Positions 24,719 through 36,816 of a stretch of 43,050 nt of DNA are shown here, piece by piece. A program made the position numbers and the translations under genes. Numbering within the stretch: the first letter of the stretch is position 1; every line of letters starts with the position of its first letter. The DNA is taken from positions 1-43,050 of the forward strand of contig JAUCBJ010002731.1 in the NCBI GenBank assembly GCA_032718475.1, written 5' to 3'. The notes under the pieces are model-generated. The model searched no databases. It was given only the letters and a program-made list of their open reading frames with translations, and was not told where the DNA came from. This DNA comes from Nemertoderma westbladi (lineage: Eukaryota > Animalia > Xenacoelomorpha).

Positions 24719-25010
24719 CGGTAAAGTATATTAAAGTAAAGTAAAGTTACTTCGGCCATTATACCAGGGATTACGCACAAAGTCTGACGACTTATTTCCA
24801 GTGCGTTCCCGCCAGAACTATAAGAGGGAACTCCAGTACTCATTTAGCTACCATTTAAGGATACAAGGCAGAGATATGCCCTGCTGGCTAGTCCCTTCAA
24901 ATCAATCGTGCCGAAACGTTACTCAGCATACGGTCTTGTGGGTATCGAACTCACGACGTTGGGAGAAGTGTTATTCAGAGCAAATGATTTAACCACCTCT
25001 TAGCCACGAG
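24719..25010 (-). mobile_element. tRNA-derived SINE
   Basis: A box TGGCTAAGAGGTGG, B box GAGTTCGATACCC, 3' (CTTTA)n tail. Confidence 0.75.
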
Positions 25011-25357
25011 TAAAGGTGGGATTATAGAGTGTGCCCTGTGTGGAGTACTTTTATGATAATGGAAGATGGTAGAACGAACTTAGATCCCTGTTGTTTTCGA
25101 CCTACCGAGATATGTATGAGAGTTAGGGTTAGAAAATTATCATTTTTGGAAACTGACAGTTAAATATCAGAAATGAAGCACCCAATAATTGTGGTAAGTA
25201 TGGAAAAAATTGAGAAACATTGAAGCAGTTTCAAACACAAAACACAAATTTATGTATTCTTAGCGGAACTCCATAAATTAATCCAGAAAGTTCATGAAAT
25301 GTTACGATATGTTGAGTACTGCCATGGTTGTCATGATAACTAAAGATATATAAGAAT

Positions 25358-25517
25358 AACTATTATTACATACTTGTGTGTAAAGTAGCACTTTACAGTG
25401 TGATAATCCGAGTGGCTGTGTTACACGAACGAACGTTAGTGAGTGGGTGAAAATAAAGCCACGAGGATCAGAACACTGAAAGTACTTTGCAACTTTGCAA
25501 CAAGTATGTATGTAGTT
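25358..25517. repeat. Imperfect foldback (MITE-like)
   Basis: TACATACTTGT...CAGTGT...GTGGCT mirrored by AGCCAC...ACACTG...ACAAGTATGTA around a CGAACGAACGTTAGTGAGT centre. Confidence 0.6.
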
Positions 25518-25781
25518 TTATTCCAAAATTTTAACATTACGAAATGATTGTACATATACATTATAAGTGATAGAAACTGCACAAATTATATTAGTTGCTG
25601 CATAAATAAATGTAAAAATGACATAAATTATGTTATAAATAAGTTAGCTTCTATTTATGGTGGCGTTTGGAGCCATGTTATAATAATATAGCTAGGCCCT
25701 CCCGGTTATTAATAGCTATACCCCGCCGCCTACCAGTAGGTAATGCAGTAGGCATATCTGGCTGTCAGGCAAATTTCCACC

Positions 25782-25870
25782 TATTGTTTACGTGGTAACC
25801 ATGTCGGCGTTAAGTAATGTCCACTAGGGGGACATTACATAACGCCGTCATGGTTACCACTTAAACAATA
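25782..25870. repeat. 89-bp near-perfect hairpin
   Basis: 41-bp arms with 3 mismatches, short ACTAGGG loop. Confidence 0.85.
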
Positions 25871-26471
25871 ACACCAAATACAATACTAAATGTACAGGCC
25901 AATACAGTACAATGCTGTAATGTCCTCTAAAGTTGTAAAGTGCTAAATAACAACTCACTGTTAATACTAACGGCGTTGAGTAATGTTACAATATTATTTT
26001 ATTAGTATTTTACGCTCCAGAAACAAAATTTAACGCCTTATGGTCTATCTATCTATTAATACTTGATTCCTAGAGGTGAAATTTCGAGATTCATTTTTAA
26101 AGAAATCATCTATTTTTGTCTCTAAAGCGACATTGTAAGTAAAGTATATTATATTATCCATTTACCGACAAAAATTTTCTGGCAATGAAATTTAGTATTC
26201 AAAACTATGTCTAATAACAAAATAAAATAAGAATTATTCAAATACCTTAAACAGGATCCGAGATACAGCATGGGATTCTGTGTAATAATTAATAATAATA
26301 ATTTTTAAACTCAATATAAAATAACATTTATAAAATGAGATAAATTCATAAAATTTCATTATATTAATTATTAATAAATAATCAAATTGGAACAAAATGA
26401 TGTAATTTTATAATAAACATGTTATATAAGTGAACTAAGTACATTAATCTAAACAAACAACAATTATACCT

Positions 26472-27578
26472 TCACAAAACTCTAATTTTCATTTCTACAG
26501 TATCCATAGGTACATAGCTGTTACTGAATGTGTACCAAAAAGGTCCCTTGAGATTCGCATCCCCATAGACACCGTTAAGATTGGAGGCAGTGCATTTCCG
26601 ATACCACCACGCCCCCTGGCGGACGATAGCGCAGTTTCCAGTAGAAGCCGCGTGATCTTGATCCATGGTAGAAAAATGGTATCCATTGAGGTATGCCAGC
26701 CCATCGGAACTCTGATAAAGTATAGAGTCGCCAGCGGTGCCGCTGTACCCGGATATATGTAGGGTGTAATAGTCGTGAGAACCACCGAGACGGAAGAAAT
26801 TGTACTCTGCAAACTTGTGCTGCCCTTTGTACCAGAGGTCCACCCTCAGGTGTACCCCATCTTTGGTTAGTTTGTAGATATTCTCGAGTCCCAACCAGAA
26901 TTCCTTTTGGAGATTCCCGAATCCGGCTACGTACTTCTGCCAACCCTGGTAGAAATCCTGGGACCCGTCTACCCGCCTCTGTATTACAATCCAGGGTCCT
27001 CCGGGTACTTTGTTGTCGCATCGAAGTAAACCATTCAATCCGTTTGGGTCGCTGACGATAGCTGTGGTGTCTACCGCGGTATTTACGCAAATTAACGCGG
27101 AGTGGAGTTGCATCAATAGATCGTCAATCTTTCCTGTTAATTCGTCGTTTAAGTCAGAATTCTTCTTGGTTAAGTTTAGAATCTCTTTCTCATAAAATTC
27201 GTCCAATTCCAATATGCGCTCATCCAACTTCACAACATCTCCATCGAATTTCTTAATACTTTCAGCAACATTATTATTTTGAATCGCGATATTTGATTCA
27301 AGTTCTTTTTTGTAGGTAATCATTATCACAAACAAGGTTGTTATACCGGCTAGCATAATGACAGCTACTACTGCACCAGTAACTCCAACACAACATGTAC
27401 TTCTCCCTGACTTTCTCTCTTTTAGATTAACTTTCTCATTCTCAACTCCGCTCTCCTTCGATATAATCGGCCTCCCATCTATATTATTCGGCGGTATTTC
27501 ATAAGTATCGTCTTCTTCCTTGTTGATTTCCGTCATCTGAATTGTTGCATCGTAGTTAGCGTTATAGTAGGACGCCAT
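26472..27578 (-). CDS. Type II transmembrane fibrinogen-related protein (FReD, FIBCD1-like topology), 368 aa, intronless
   Basis: Likely start MASYYN; one TM (VTGAVVAVIMLAGITTLFVIMI); coiled-coil stalk; FBG motifs GGPWIVIQRRVDGS, GFGNLQKEFWLGLE, FSTMDQD, GAWWYRKC..SNLNG. Confidence 0.92.
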   Translation of the reverse strand: MASYYNANYDATIQMTEINKEEDDTYEIPPNNIDGRPIISKESGVENEKVNLKERKSGRSTCCVGVTGAVVAVIMLAGITTLFVIMITYKKELESNIAIQNNNVAESIKKFDGDVVKLDERILELDEFYEKEILNLTKKNSDLNDELTGKIDDLLMQLHSALICVNTAVDTTAIVSDPNGLNGLLRCDNKVPGGPWIVIQRRVDGSQDFYQGWQKYVAGFGNLQKEFWLGLENIYKLTKDGVHLRVDLWYKGQHKFAEYNFFRLGGSHDYYTLHISGYSGTAGDSILYQSSDGLAYLNGYHFSTMDQDHAASTGNCAIVRQGAWWYRKCTASNLNGVYGDANLKGPFWYTFSNSYVPMDTVEMKIRVL

Positions 27579-27799
27579 TAAGTGTAATAAATTAATTATT
27601 TTTTTTAAATAAACTTTGAATTGTATTAGAATGAGAGCTTGAAATATTACCTTGTTATTAATCTTTGTAATGCTCCCTAATGAATTTAATTTATATTCGG
27701 TTCTTTTTTTCACAAAATGATAAAATTCGAAAATTACAGATTTTCTACAAATAATTGTTTCGTGTAACAATTCACTAGCTTGGGCATCCATCAGACATC

Positions 27800-27955
27800 G
27801 AGGTCAGCCCTACAAGGAAAATATCTGACAAGACACTACCTATAGAGACAGGGGACTTCACACCTGCCGAAATCTAAAGAAGCATTAAAAGCATGTCCAA
27901 TAATAAAGCGAGTGGATTAGATGAAATCCCAGCGGAGGTATGGAAAACAGGAGTG
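27800..27955 (+). mobile_element. RTE-type LINE pre-RT fragment
   Basis: EALKSMSNNKASGLDEIPAEVWKTG. Confidence 0.65.
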
Positions 27956-27984
27956 CAAACAAAGACTTAGTTGGAGTAAAAAAT

Positions 27985-29650
27985 AACGGGACCACATCAC
28001 TCCGGTGCTGATGGCCCTTCACTGGGGAAATCAATCCCACGATATCGCCTATAGACGTATGGGAGACGTGCATTCTCGGTAGCCGCTCCAACAGTGTGGG
28101 ACTCAATCCCACGATATCGCCTATAGACGTATGGGAGACGTGCATTCTCGGTAGCCGCTCCTACAGTGTGGAACTCAATCCCACGATATCGCCTATAGAC
28201 GTATGGGAGACGTGCATTCTCGGTAGCCGCTCCTACAGTGTGGAACTCAATCCCACGATATCGCCTATAGACGTACGGGAGACGTGCATTCTCGGTAGCC
28301 GCTCCTACAGTGTGGAACTCAATCCCACGATATCGCCTATAGACGTATGGGAGACGTGCATTCTCGGTAGCCGCTCCTACAGTGTGGAACTCAATCCCAC
28401 GATATCGCCTATAGACGTATGGGAGACGTGCATTCTCGGTAGCCGCTCCTACAGTGTGGAACTCAATCCCACGATATCGCCTATAGACGTATGGGAGACG
28501 TGCATTCTCGGTAGCCGCTCCTACAGTGTGGAACTCAATCCCACGATATCGCCTATAGACGTACGGGAGACGTGCATTCTCGGTAGCCGCTCCTACAGTG
28601 TGGAACTCAATCCCACGATATCGCCTATAGACGTATGGGAGACGTGCATTCTCGGTAGCCGCTCCTACAGTGTGGAACTCAATCCCACGATATCGCCTAT
28701 AGACGTACGGGAGACGTGCATTCTCGGTAGCCGCTCCTACAGTGTGGAACTCAATCCCACGATATCGCCTATAGACGTACGGGAGACGTGCATTCTCGGT
28801 AGCCGCTCCTACAGTGTGGAACTCAATCCCACGATATCGCCTATAGACGTATGGGAGACGTGCATTCTCGGTAGCCGCTCCTACAGTGTGGAACTCAATC
28901 CCACGATATCGCCTATAGACGTATGGGAGACGTGCATTCTCGGTAGCCGCTCCTACAGTGTGGAACTCAATCCCACGATATCGCCTATAGACGTACGGGA
29001 GACGTGCATTCTCGGTAGCCGCTCCTACAGTGTGGAACTCAATCCCACGATATCGCCTATAGACGTATGGGAGACGTGCATTCTCGGTAGCCGCTCCTAC
29101 AGTGTGGAACTCAATCCCACGATATCGCCTATAGACGTATGGGAGATGTGCATTCTCGGTAGCCGCTCCTACAGTGTGGAACTCAATCCCACGATATCGC
29201 CTATAGACGTATGGGAGACGTGCATTCTCGGTAGCCGCTCCTACAGTGTGGAACTCAATCCCACGATATCGCCTATAGACGTATGGGAGACGTGCATTCT
29301 CGGTAGCCGCTCCAACAGTGTGGAACTCAATCCCACGATATCGCCTATAGACGTATGGGAGATGTGCATTCTCGGTAGCCGCTCCTACAGTGTGGAACTC
29401 AATCCCACGATATCGCCTATAGACGTATGGGAGATGTGCATTCTCGGTAGCCGCTCCAACAGTGTGGGACTCAATCCCACGATATCGCCTATAGACGTAC
29501 GGGAGACGTGCATTCTCGGTAGCCGCTCCTACAGTGTGGAACTCAATCCCACAGGATGTCCGCGATACCTCAACATTGCATTGGGGTCATTCAAATCAAA
29601 ACTAAAAACCTATTTGTATCGGGCTGAATTCGGAGGGCAGGACAATTAAC
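27985..29650 (+). mobile_element. L2/CR1-group LINE ORF2 3' remnant containing a 72-bp array
   Basis: DHITPVLMALHW before the array, YGRRAFSVAAPTVWNSIP in each unit, LGSFKSKLKTYLY after it. Confidence 0.85.
28031..29552 (+). repeat. 72-bp minisatellite, 21 copies plus 10 bp
   Basis: Unit TCAATCCCACGATATCGCCTATAGACGTATGGGAGACGTGCATTCTCGGTAGCCGCTCCTACAGTGTGGAAC with a few single-base variants. Confidence 0.97.
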
Positions 29651-29844
29651 TATTTGTTTTTAATATGCATTATGTTAGACCCCTTTTGGTCAAAAGACAA
29701 CGATCGCTACCCTTACAATATTGGGCGGCGACTCCTTAATGATAGGTAAGCATATTGCCGTAAAATAGTTGATGGCTTATTGGGTGGTGTATTGCTTTTT
29801 GGGATGGCGAAGTGCACACAGGGTTAATTCCGTGACATAGACCA

Positions 29845-29922
29845 ACTTGAACTATGGAGAATCGGGAAGTCTGGAAGCCATTTCCACGGCCCAACCTCGC
29901 TCGACCTGCTGTAGTAGTAGTA
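29845..29922 (+). mobile_element. RTE family B extreme 3' fragment
   Basis: ACTATGGAGAATCGGGAAG..TGGAAG...CGCTCGACCT plus (TAG)n, matching 17725-17800. Confidence 0.7.
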
Positions 29923-30668
29923 AACAAATTACCCAGAACAGCATACTGTAAAGAGTTACTTTACAAACAATTCGTTTTTATTACTCTAAAGTTATGTGGA
30001 CTGACTTAAATCGGACCCATTTATATTGTATTGTTGAAGGGTGTGTGTGGTGGAAATCAATCAGAACCCAAAGTTTAGTCAAACAGAGTTCATGGAAACG
30101 GAGACATCTAAAAGACATGGATTCTCTAAGAGAGATTCTATTGGTGTAGATTGTTACTATAAGGAACTATACTGCATTAAACTACCAATATTGGCAATAA
30201 TTTTTATGGAAATCTTATGGAATTTTATGTCACCTTCAAATGTTTATAGCAATACCGATGTGTGGTTGGAGCGATAACGAATGGATTTGTTATCATTGTG
30301 CGTTAATTGTGCAATCCATTGAAGTAAAGATTGATTATCATAGACTGCACAATAAGTCCTAGTTATTAACACAAACACTAAACAGTTAGAACAAACAGAT
30401 ATGAGGTGTAGAGATCTAAGTACAGGAATTGTTGTTGTTATCATAAGAAAGAAAGGTTTGTCATATAGGGAGTGTAATCGACATAGCATCGACAAGCTGG
30501 CTGAGGTCGCAAACCTCTATCCCCAAACGGCCCATTCTTCCGTGTCCCGGTGTGCCCAAGCCGAATGGGATGATTGTCGAAACTGTTGATGTGGAACTGA
30601 CCCTCATTCGCCCCACTGTCGCAGTTATGTCCCCGACCTGTTTGGTACACCCTTGGGCATTATAATGC

Positions 30669-30820
30669 TCTCCATAGCGAAAAATATCAAACGACACTAT
30701 TGGGGCTCGAACCCGGTACCTAGACTTCAAACTTCCGGTTATTATCAGCCGGGTGTGTGTGTGTCTATGACACCGGTTTCCAGCCCCAATAGGGTCGGTT
30801 GATATTTTTTGCTATGGAGA
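30669..30820. mobile_element. MITE-like foldback with ~50-bp TIRs
   Basis: TCTCCATAGC.AAAAATATCAA.CGAC.CTATTGGGGCT.GAA.CCGGT inverted at both ends; no TSD recognised. Confidence 0.75.
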
Positions 30821-31052
30821 TTAGCAATATCATACTGTACTATATATATATATGTATATATATATTATTTATTGACAAAAGTTTTAGAATATGAATGATA
30901 AATAAATAGAGCACAAAAGAATAAACAATTTCTATCAAAATAACAAAGATATGCTCACCACAAATACTCTGTCCATAGTACACAACACATTGACAATTGC
31001 TAAAAATATAGATATAACACTTATAGCAGGTATGACGACGCTAAGAAATAAT

Positions 31053-33958
31053 TATGTAAATAAATAAATATGTAAATAAATAAATATGTAAATAAATAAA
31101 TATGTAAATAAATAAATATGTAAATAAATAAATATGTAAATAAATAAATATGTAAATAAATAAATATGTAAATAAATAAATATGTAAATAAATAAATATG
31201 TAAATAAATAAATATGTAAATAAATATGTAAATAAATAAATATGTAAATAAATAAATATGTAAATAAATAAATATGTAAATAAATAAATATGTAAATAAA
31301 TAAATATGTAAATAAATAAATATGTAAATAAATAAATATGTAAATAAATAAATATGTAAATAAATAAATATGTAAATAAATAAATATGTAAATAAATAAA
31401 TATGTAAATAAATAAATATGTAAATAAATAAATATGTAAATAAATAAATATGTAAATAAATAAATATGTAAATAAATAAATATGTAAATAAATAAATATG
31501 TAAATAAATAAATATGTAAATAAATAAATATGTAAATAAATAAATATGTAAATAAATAAATATGTAAATAAATAAATATGTAAATAAATAAATATGTAAA
31601 TAAATAAATATGTAAATAAATAAATATGTAAATAAATAAATATGTAAATAAATAAATATGTAAATAAATAAATATGTAAATAAATAAATATGTAAATAAA
31701 TAAATATGTAAATAAATAAATATGTAAATAAATAAATATGTAAATAAATAAATATGTAAATAAATAAATATGTAAATAAATAAATATGTAAATAAATAAA
31801 TATGTAAATAAATAAATATGTAAATAAATAAATATGTAAATAAATAAATATGTAAATAAATAAATATGTAAATAAATAAATATGTAAATAAATAAATATG
31901 TAAATAAATAAATATGTAAATAAATAAATATGTAAATAAATAAATATGTAAATAAATAAATATGTAAATAAATAAATATGTAAATAAATAAATATGTAAA
32001 TAAATAAATATGTAAATAAATAAATATGTAAATAAATAAATATGTAAATAAATAAATATGTAAATAAATAAATATGTAAATAAATAAATATGTAAATAAA
32101 TAAATATGTAAATAAATAAATATGTAAATAAATAAATATGTAAATAAATAAATATGTAAATAAATAAATATGTAAATAAATAAATATGTAAATAAATAAA
32201 TATGTAAATAAATAAATATGTAAATAAATAAATATGTAAATAAATAAATATGTAAATAAATAAATATGTAAATAAATAAATATGTAAATAAATAAATATG
32301 TAAATAAATAAATATGTAAATAAATAAATATGTAAATAAATAAATATGTAAATAAATAAATATGTAAATAAATAAATATGTAAATAAATAAATATGTAAA
32401 TAAATAAATATGTAAATAAATAAATATGTAAATAAATAAATATGTAAATAAATAAATATGTAAATAAATAAATATGTAAATAAATAAATATGTAAATAAA
32501 TAAATATGTAAATAAATAAATATGTAAATAAATAAATATGTAAATAAATAAATATGTAAATAAATAAATATGTAAATAAATAAATATGTAAATAAATATG
32601 TAAATAAATAAATATGTAAATAAATAAATATGTAAATAAATAAATATGTAAATAAATAAATATGTAAATAAATAAATATGTAAATAAATAAATATGTAAA
32701 TAAATAAATATGTAAATAAATAAATATGTAAATAAATAAATATGTAAATAAATAAATATGTAAATAAATAAATATGTAAATAAATAAATATATAAATAAA
32801 TAAATATGTAAATAAATAAATATGTAAATAAATAAATATGTAAATAAATAAATATGTAAATAAATAAATATGTAAATAAATAAATATGTAAATAAATAAA
32901 TATGTAAATAAATAAATATGTAAATAAATAAATATGTAAATAAATAAATATGTAAATAAATAAATATGTAAATAAATAAATATGTAAATAAATAAATATG
33001 TAAATAAATAAATATGTAAATAAATAAATATGTAAATAAATAAATATGTAAATAAATAAATATGTAAATAAATAAATATGTAAATAAATAAATATGTAAA
33101 TAAATAAATATGTAAATAAATAAATATGTAAATAAATAAATATATAAATAAATAAATATGTAAATAAATAAATATGTAAATAAATAAATATGTAAATAAA
33201 TAAATATGTAAATAAATAAATATGTAAATAAATAAATATGTAAATAAATAAATATGTAAATAAATAAATATGTAAATAAATAAATATGTAAATAAATAAA
33301 TATGTAAATAAATAAATATATAAATAAATAAATATGTAAATAAATAAATATGTAAATAAATAAATATGTAAATAAATAAATATGTAAATAAATAAATATG
33401 TAAATAAATAAATATGTAAATAAATAAATATGTAAATAAATAAATATGTAAATAAATAAATATGTAAATAAATAAATATGTAAATAAATAAATATGTAAA
33501 TAAATAAATATGTAAATAAATAAATATGTAAATAAATAAATATGTAAATAAATAAATATGTAAATAAATAAATATGTAAATAAATAAATATGTAAATAAA
33601 TAAATATGTAAATAAATAAATATGTAAATAAATAAATATGTAAATAAATAAATATGTAAATAAATAAATATGTAAATAAATAAATATGTAAATAAATAAA
33701 TATGTAAATAAATAAATATGTAAATAAATAAATATGTAAATAAATAAATATGTAAATAAATAAATATGTAAATAAATAAATATGTAAATAAATAAATATG
33801 TAAATAAATAAATATGTAAATAAATAAATATGTAAATAAATAAATATGTAAATAAATAAATATGTAAATAAATAAATATGTAAATAAATAAATATGTAAA
33901 TAAATAAATATGTAAATAAATAAATATGTAAATAAATAAATATGTAAATAAATAAATA
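31053..33958. repeat. 16-bp AT-rich minisatellite (TAAATAAATAAATATG)n, ~180 copies
   Basis: Read directly; rare 12-bp units (~31217, ~32589) and G>A variants (32792, 33144, 33320). Confidence 0.98.
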
Positions 33959-34219
33959 CGCAACTAAATGACGTAAATAACAATACCTTATTTGGCCGGC
34001 TAAATAAATTAATAATTACTACTCGAGCAGCAATAAGGCACAATGTATAAAGCTCATTGCTTCCCCATACATACATTATTATGTATGTATTCTTCAGCTC
34101 CTTCTCCTCATGAAGGTAAGTAACATGATGATGTTACAGTAGGTAGCAAAATGTCGTTGTTAAGCTGGTATAGCATTCGTAATGCAAGCTGCAATGCTGC
34201 ATGATGATTATATAAGGAT

Positions 34220-36803
34220 AATGTGTGAAAAAGTAAAATCAACAAGTCCTAGTTCGATGTTTGAAAAAGTAAAATTAACAAGTCCTAGTTCAATGTGTGA
34301 AAAAGTAATATCAACAAGTTTTAGTTCAATGTGTGAAAAGGTAAAATCAACAAGTCCTAGTTCAATGTGTGAAAAAGTAAAATCAACAAGTCCTAGTTCA
34401 ATGTGTGAAAAAGTAAAATCAACAAGTCCTAGTTCAATGTGTGAAAAAGTAAAATCAACAAGTCCTAGTTCAATGTGTGAAAAAGTAAAATCAACAGTTC
34501 TAGTTCAATGTGTGAAATAGTAAAATCAACAAGTTCTAGTTAAATGTGTGAAAAAGTAAAATCATCAACAAGTCCTAGTTCAATGTGTGAAAAAGTGAAA
34601 TCAACAAGTCCTAGTTCAATGTGCAAAAAAGTAAAATCAACAAGTCCTAATTCAATGTGTGAAAAAGTAAAATCAACAAATCCTAGTTCAATGTGTGAAA
34701 AAGTAAAATCAACCAGTCCTAGTTCAATGTGTGAAAAAGTAAAATCAACAAGTCCTAGTTCAATGTGTGAAAAAGTAAAATCAACAAGTCCTAGTTCGAT
34801 GTTTGAAAAAGTAAAATTAACAAGTCCTAGTTCAATGTGTGAAAAAGTAATATCAACAAGTCCTAATTCAATGTGTGAAAAAGTAAACTCAACAAGTCAT
34901 AGTTTGATGTTTGAAAAAGTAAAATCAACAAGTCCTAGTTCAATGTGTGAAAAAGTAAAATCAACAAGTCCTAGTTCGATGTTTGAAAAAGTAAAATCAA
35001 CAAGTCCTAGTTCAATGTGTGAAAAAGTAAAATCAACCAGTCCTAGTTCAATGTGTGAAAAAGTAAAATCAACAAGTCCTAGTTAAATGTGTGAAAAGTA
35101 AAATCAACAAGTCCTAGTTCAATGTGTGAAAAAGTAAAATCAACAAGTCCTAGTTCAATGTTTGAAAAAGTAAAATTAACAAGTCCTAGTTCAATGTGTG
35201 AAAAAATAATATCAACAAGTCCTAATTCAATGTGTGAAAAAGTAAAATCAACAAGTTCTAGTTCAATGTGTTAAAAAGTAAAATCATCAACAAGTCCTAG
35301 TTCAATGTGTGAAAAAGTAAAATCAACAAGTTCTAGTTCAATGTGTGAAAAAGTGAAATCAACAAGTCCTAGTTCAATGTGCGGAAAAATAAAATCAACA
35401 AGTTCTAGTTCAATGTGTGAAAAAGTGAAATCAACAAGTCCTAGTTCAATGTGTGAAAAAGTAATATCAACAAGTCCTATTTCAATGTGTGAAAAAGTAA
35501 AATCAACAAGTTCTAGTTGAATGTGTGAAAAAGTAAAATCAACAAGTTCTAGTTCAATGTGTGAAAAAGTAAAATCAACAAGTCCTAGTTCAATGTGTGA
35601 AAAAGTAAAATCAACAAGTCCTAGTTCAATGTGAGAAAAAGTAAAATCAACAGTTCTAGTTCAATGTGTGAAATAGTAAAATCAACAAGTTCTAGTTAAA
35701 TGTGTGAAAAAGTAAAATCATCAACAAGTCCTAGTTCAATGTGTGAAAAAGTGAAATCAACAAGTCCTAGTTCAATGTGCGAAAAAGTAAAATTAACAAG
35801 TCCTAATTCAATGTATGAAAAAGTAAAATCAACAAGTCCTAGTTCAATGTGTGAAAAAGTAAAATCGCACCGCCACAACTCCCTACCACCCATGACATTT
35901 GCTAGATCATCCGCATCTTTAAGGCCGGTGTCCTTTAAGATGCGTCTCAAGAAAGTCATGGGCTGTCCACCATGCTTATTCAATCCATGAGGCTGCCAAA
36001 GTACAAGATTATGCACTGGCTGGTCCTCACGGCGAAAGCAATGTCCTGCAAAGCGGAGGCGATTTTGTTCTAGTGTCAAGCTTGGGGGAACCAATGAGAC
36101 ACCTCCAATGTTATATAGTGTCTGGTTGGAGATGTGTGCATTGTACTTGACACAATGAACCCGGCGTAGCATTCTTGTGAATGTGCCATCCAGAGATTTG
36201 GTGTCAACAAAAATCAACAAGTCCTAGTTCAATGTGTGGAAAAGTAAAATCAACAAGTCCTAGTTCAATGTGTGAAAAAGTAAAATCAACAGTTCTAGTT
36301 CAATGTGTGAAATAGTAAAATCAACAAGTTCTAGTTAAATGAGTGAAAAAGTAAAATCATCAACAAATCCTTGTTCAATATGTGAAAAAGTGAAATCAAC
36401 AAGTCCTAGTCCAATGTGTGGAAAAGTAAAATCAACAAGTCCTAGTTCAATGTGTGAAAAAGTAAAATCAACAGTTCTAGTTCAATGTGTGAAATAGTAA
36501 AATCAACAAGTTCTAGTTAAATGAGTGAAAAAGTAAAATCATCAACAAATCCTTGTTCAATATGTGAAAAAGTGAAATCAACAAGTCCTAGTTCAATGTG
36601 CGAAAAAGTAAAATCAACAAGTCCTAGTTCAATGTGTGAAAAAGTAAAGTCAACAAGTCCTAGTTCAATGTGTGAAAAAGTAAAATCAACCAGTCCTATT
36701 TCAAAGTGTGAAAAAGTAAAATCAACCAGTCCTAGTTCAATGTGTAAAAAAGTAAAATCAACAAGTCCTAGTTCAATGTGTGAAAAGGTATAGTCAACAA
36801 GTC
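34220..36803. repeat. 36-bp satellite (AATGTGTGAAAAAGTAAAATCAACAAGTCCTAGTTC)n, interrupted by an RTE fragment
   Basis: Read directly; 35- and 39-bp variants recur in the same order (~34485-34580, ~35640-35735, ~36280-36375, ~36463-36558), indicating higher-order duplication. Confidence 0.97.
35867..36205 (-). mobile_element. RTE family A fragment inserted in the satellite
   Basis: Matches 39405-39735; satellite breaks at AAAATC and resumes at AACAA. Confidence 0.92.
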
Positions 36804-36816
36804 CCCTCCGGACAAA

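Noticed and set aside
24930-25010. tRNA gene
   Set aside because: A and B boxes present but no cloverleaf; continues into a SINE body and tail.
26495-27195. Overlapping ORFs within the FReD gene
   Set aside because: Alternative-frame and antisense shadows of a GC-richer coding region.
27579-27791. N-terminal 71 aa of the 439-aa FReD ORF
   Set aside because: AT-rich, UTR-like, and starts at a LINE fragment boundary; the ATG at 27578 gives a coherent type II topology.
28031-29552. CRISPR array or 517-aa repeat protein
   Set aside because: No unique spacers and no cas genes; the unit is L2-derived and the long ORF follows from a 72-bp period with one stop-free frame.
31021-34076. 980-aa and 1011-aa ORFs
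   Set aside because: Artefacts of the stop-free minus strand of the 16-bp repeat.
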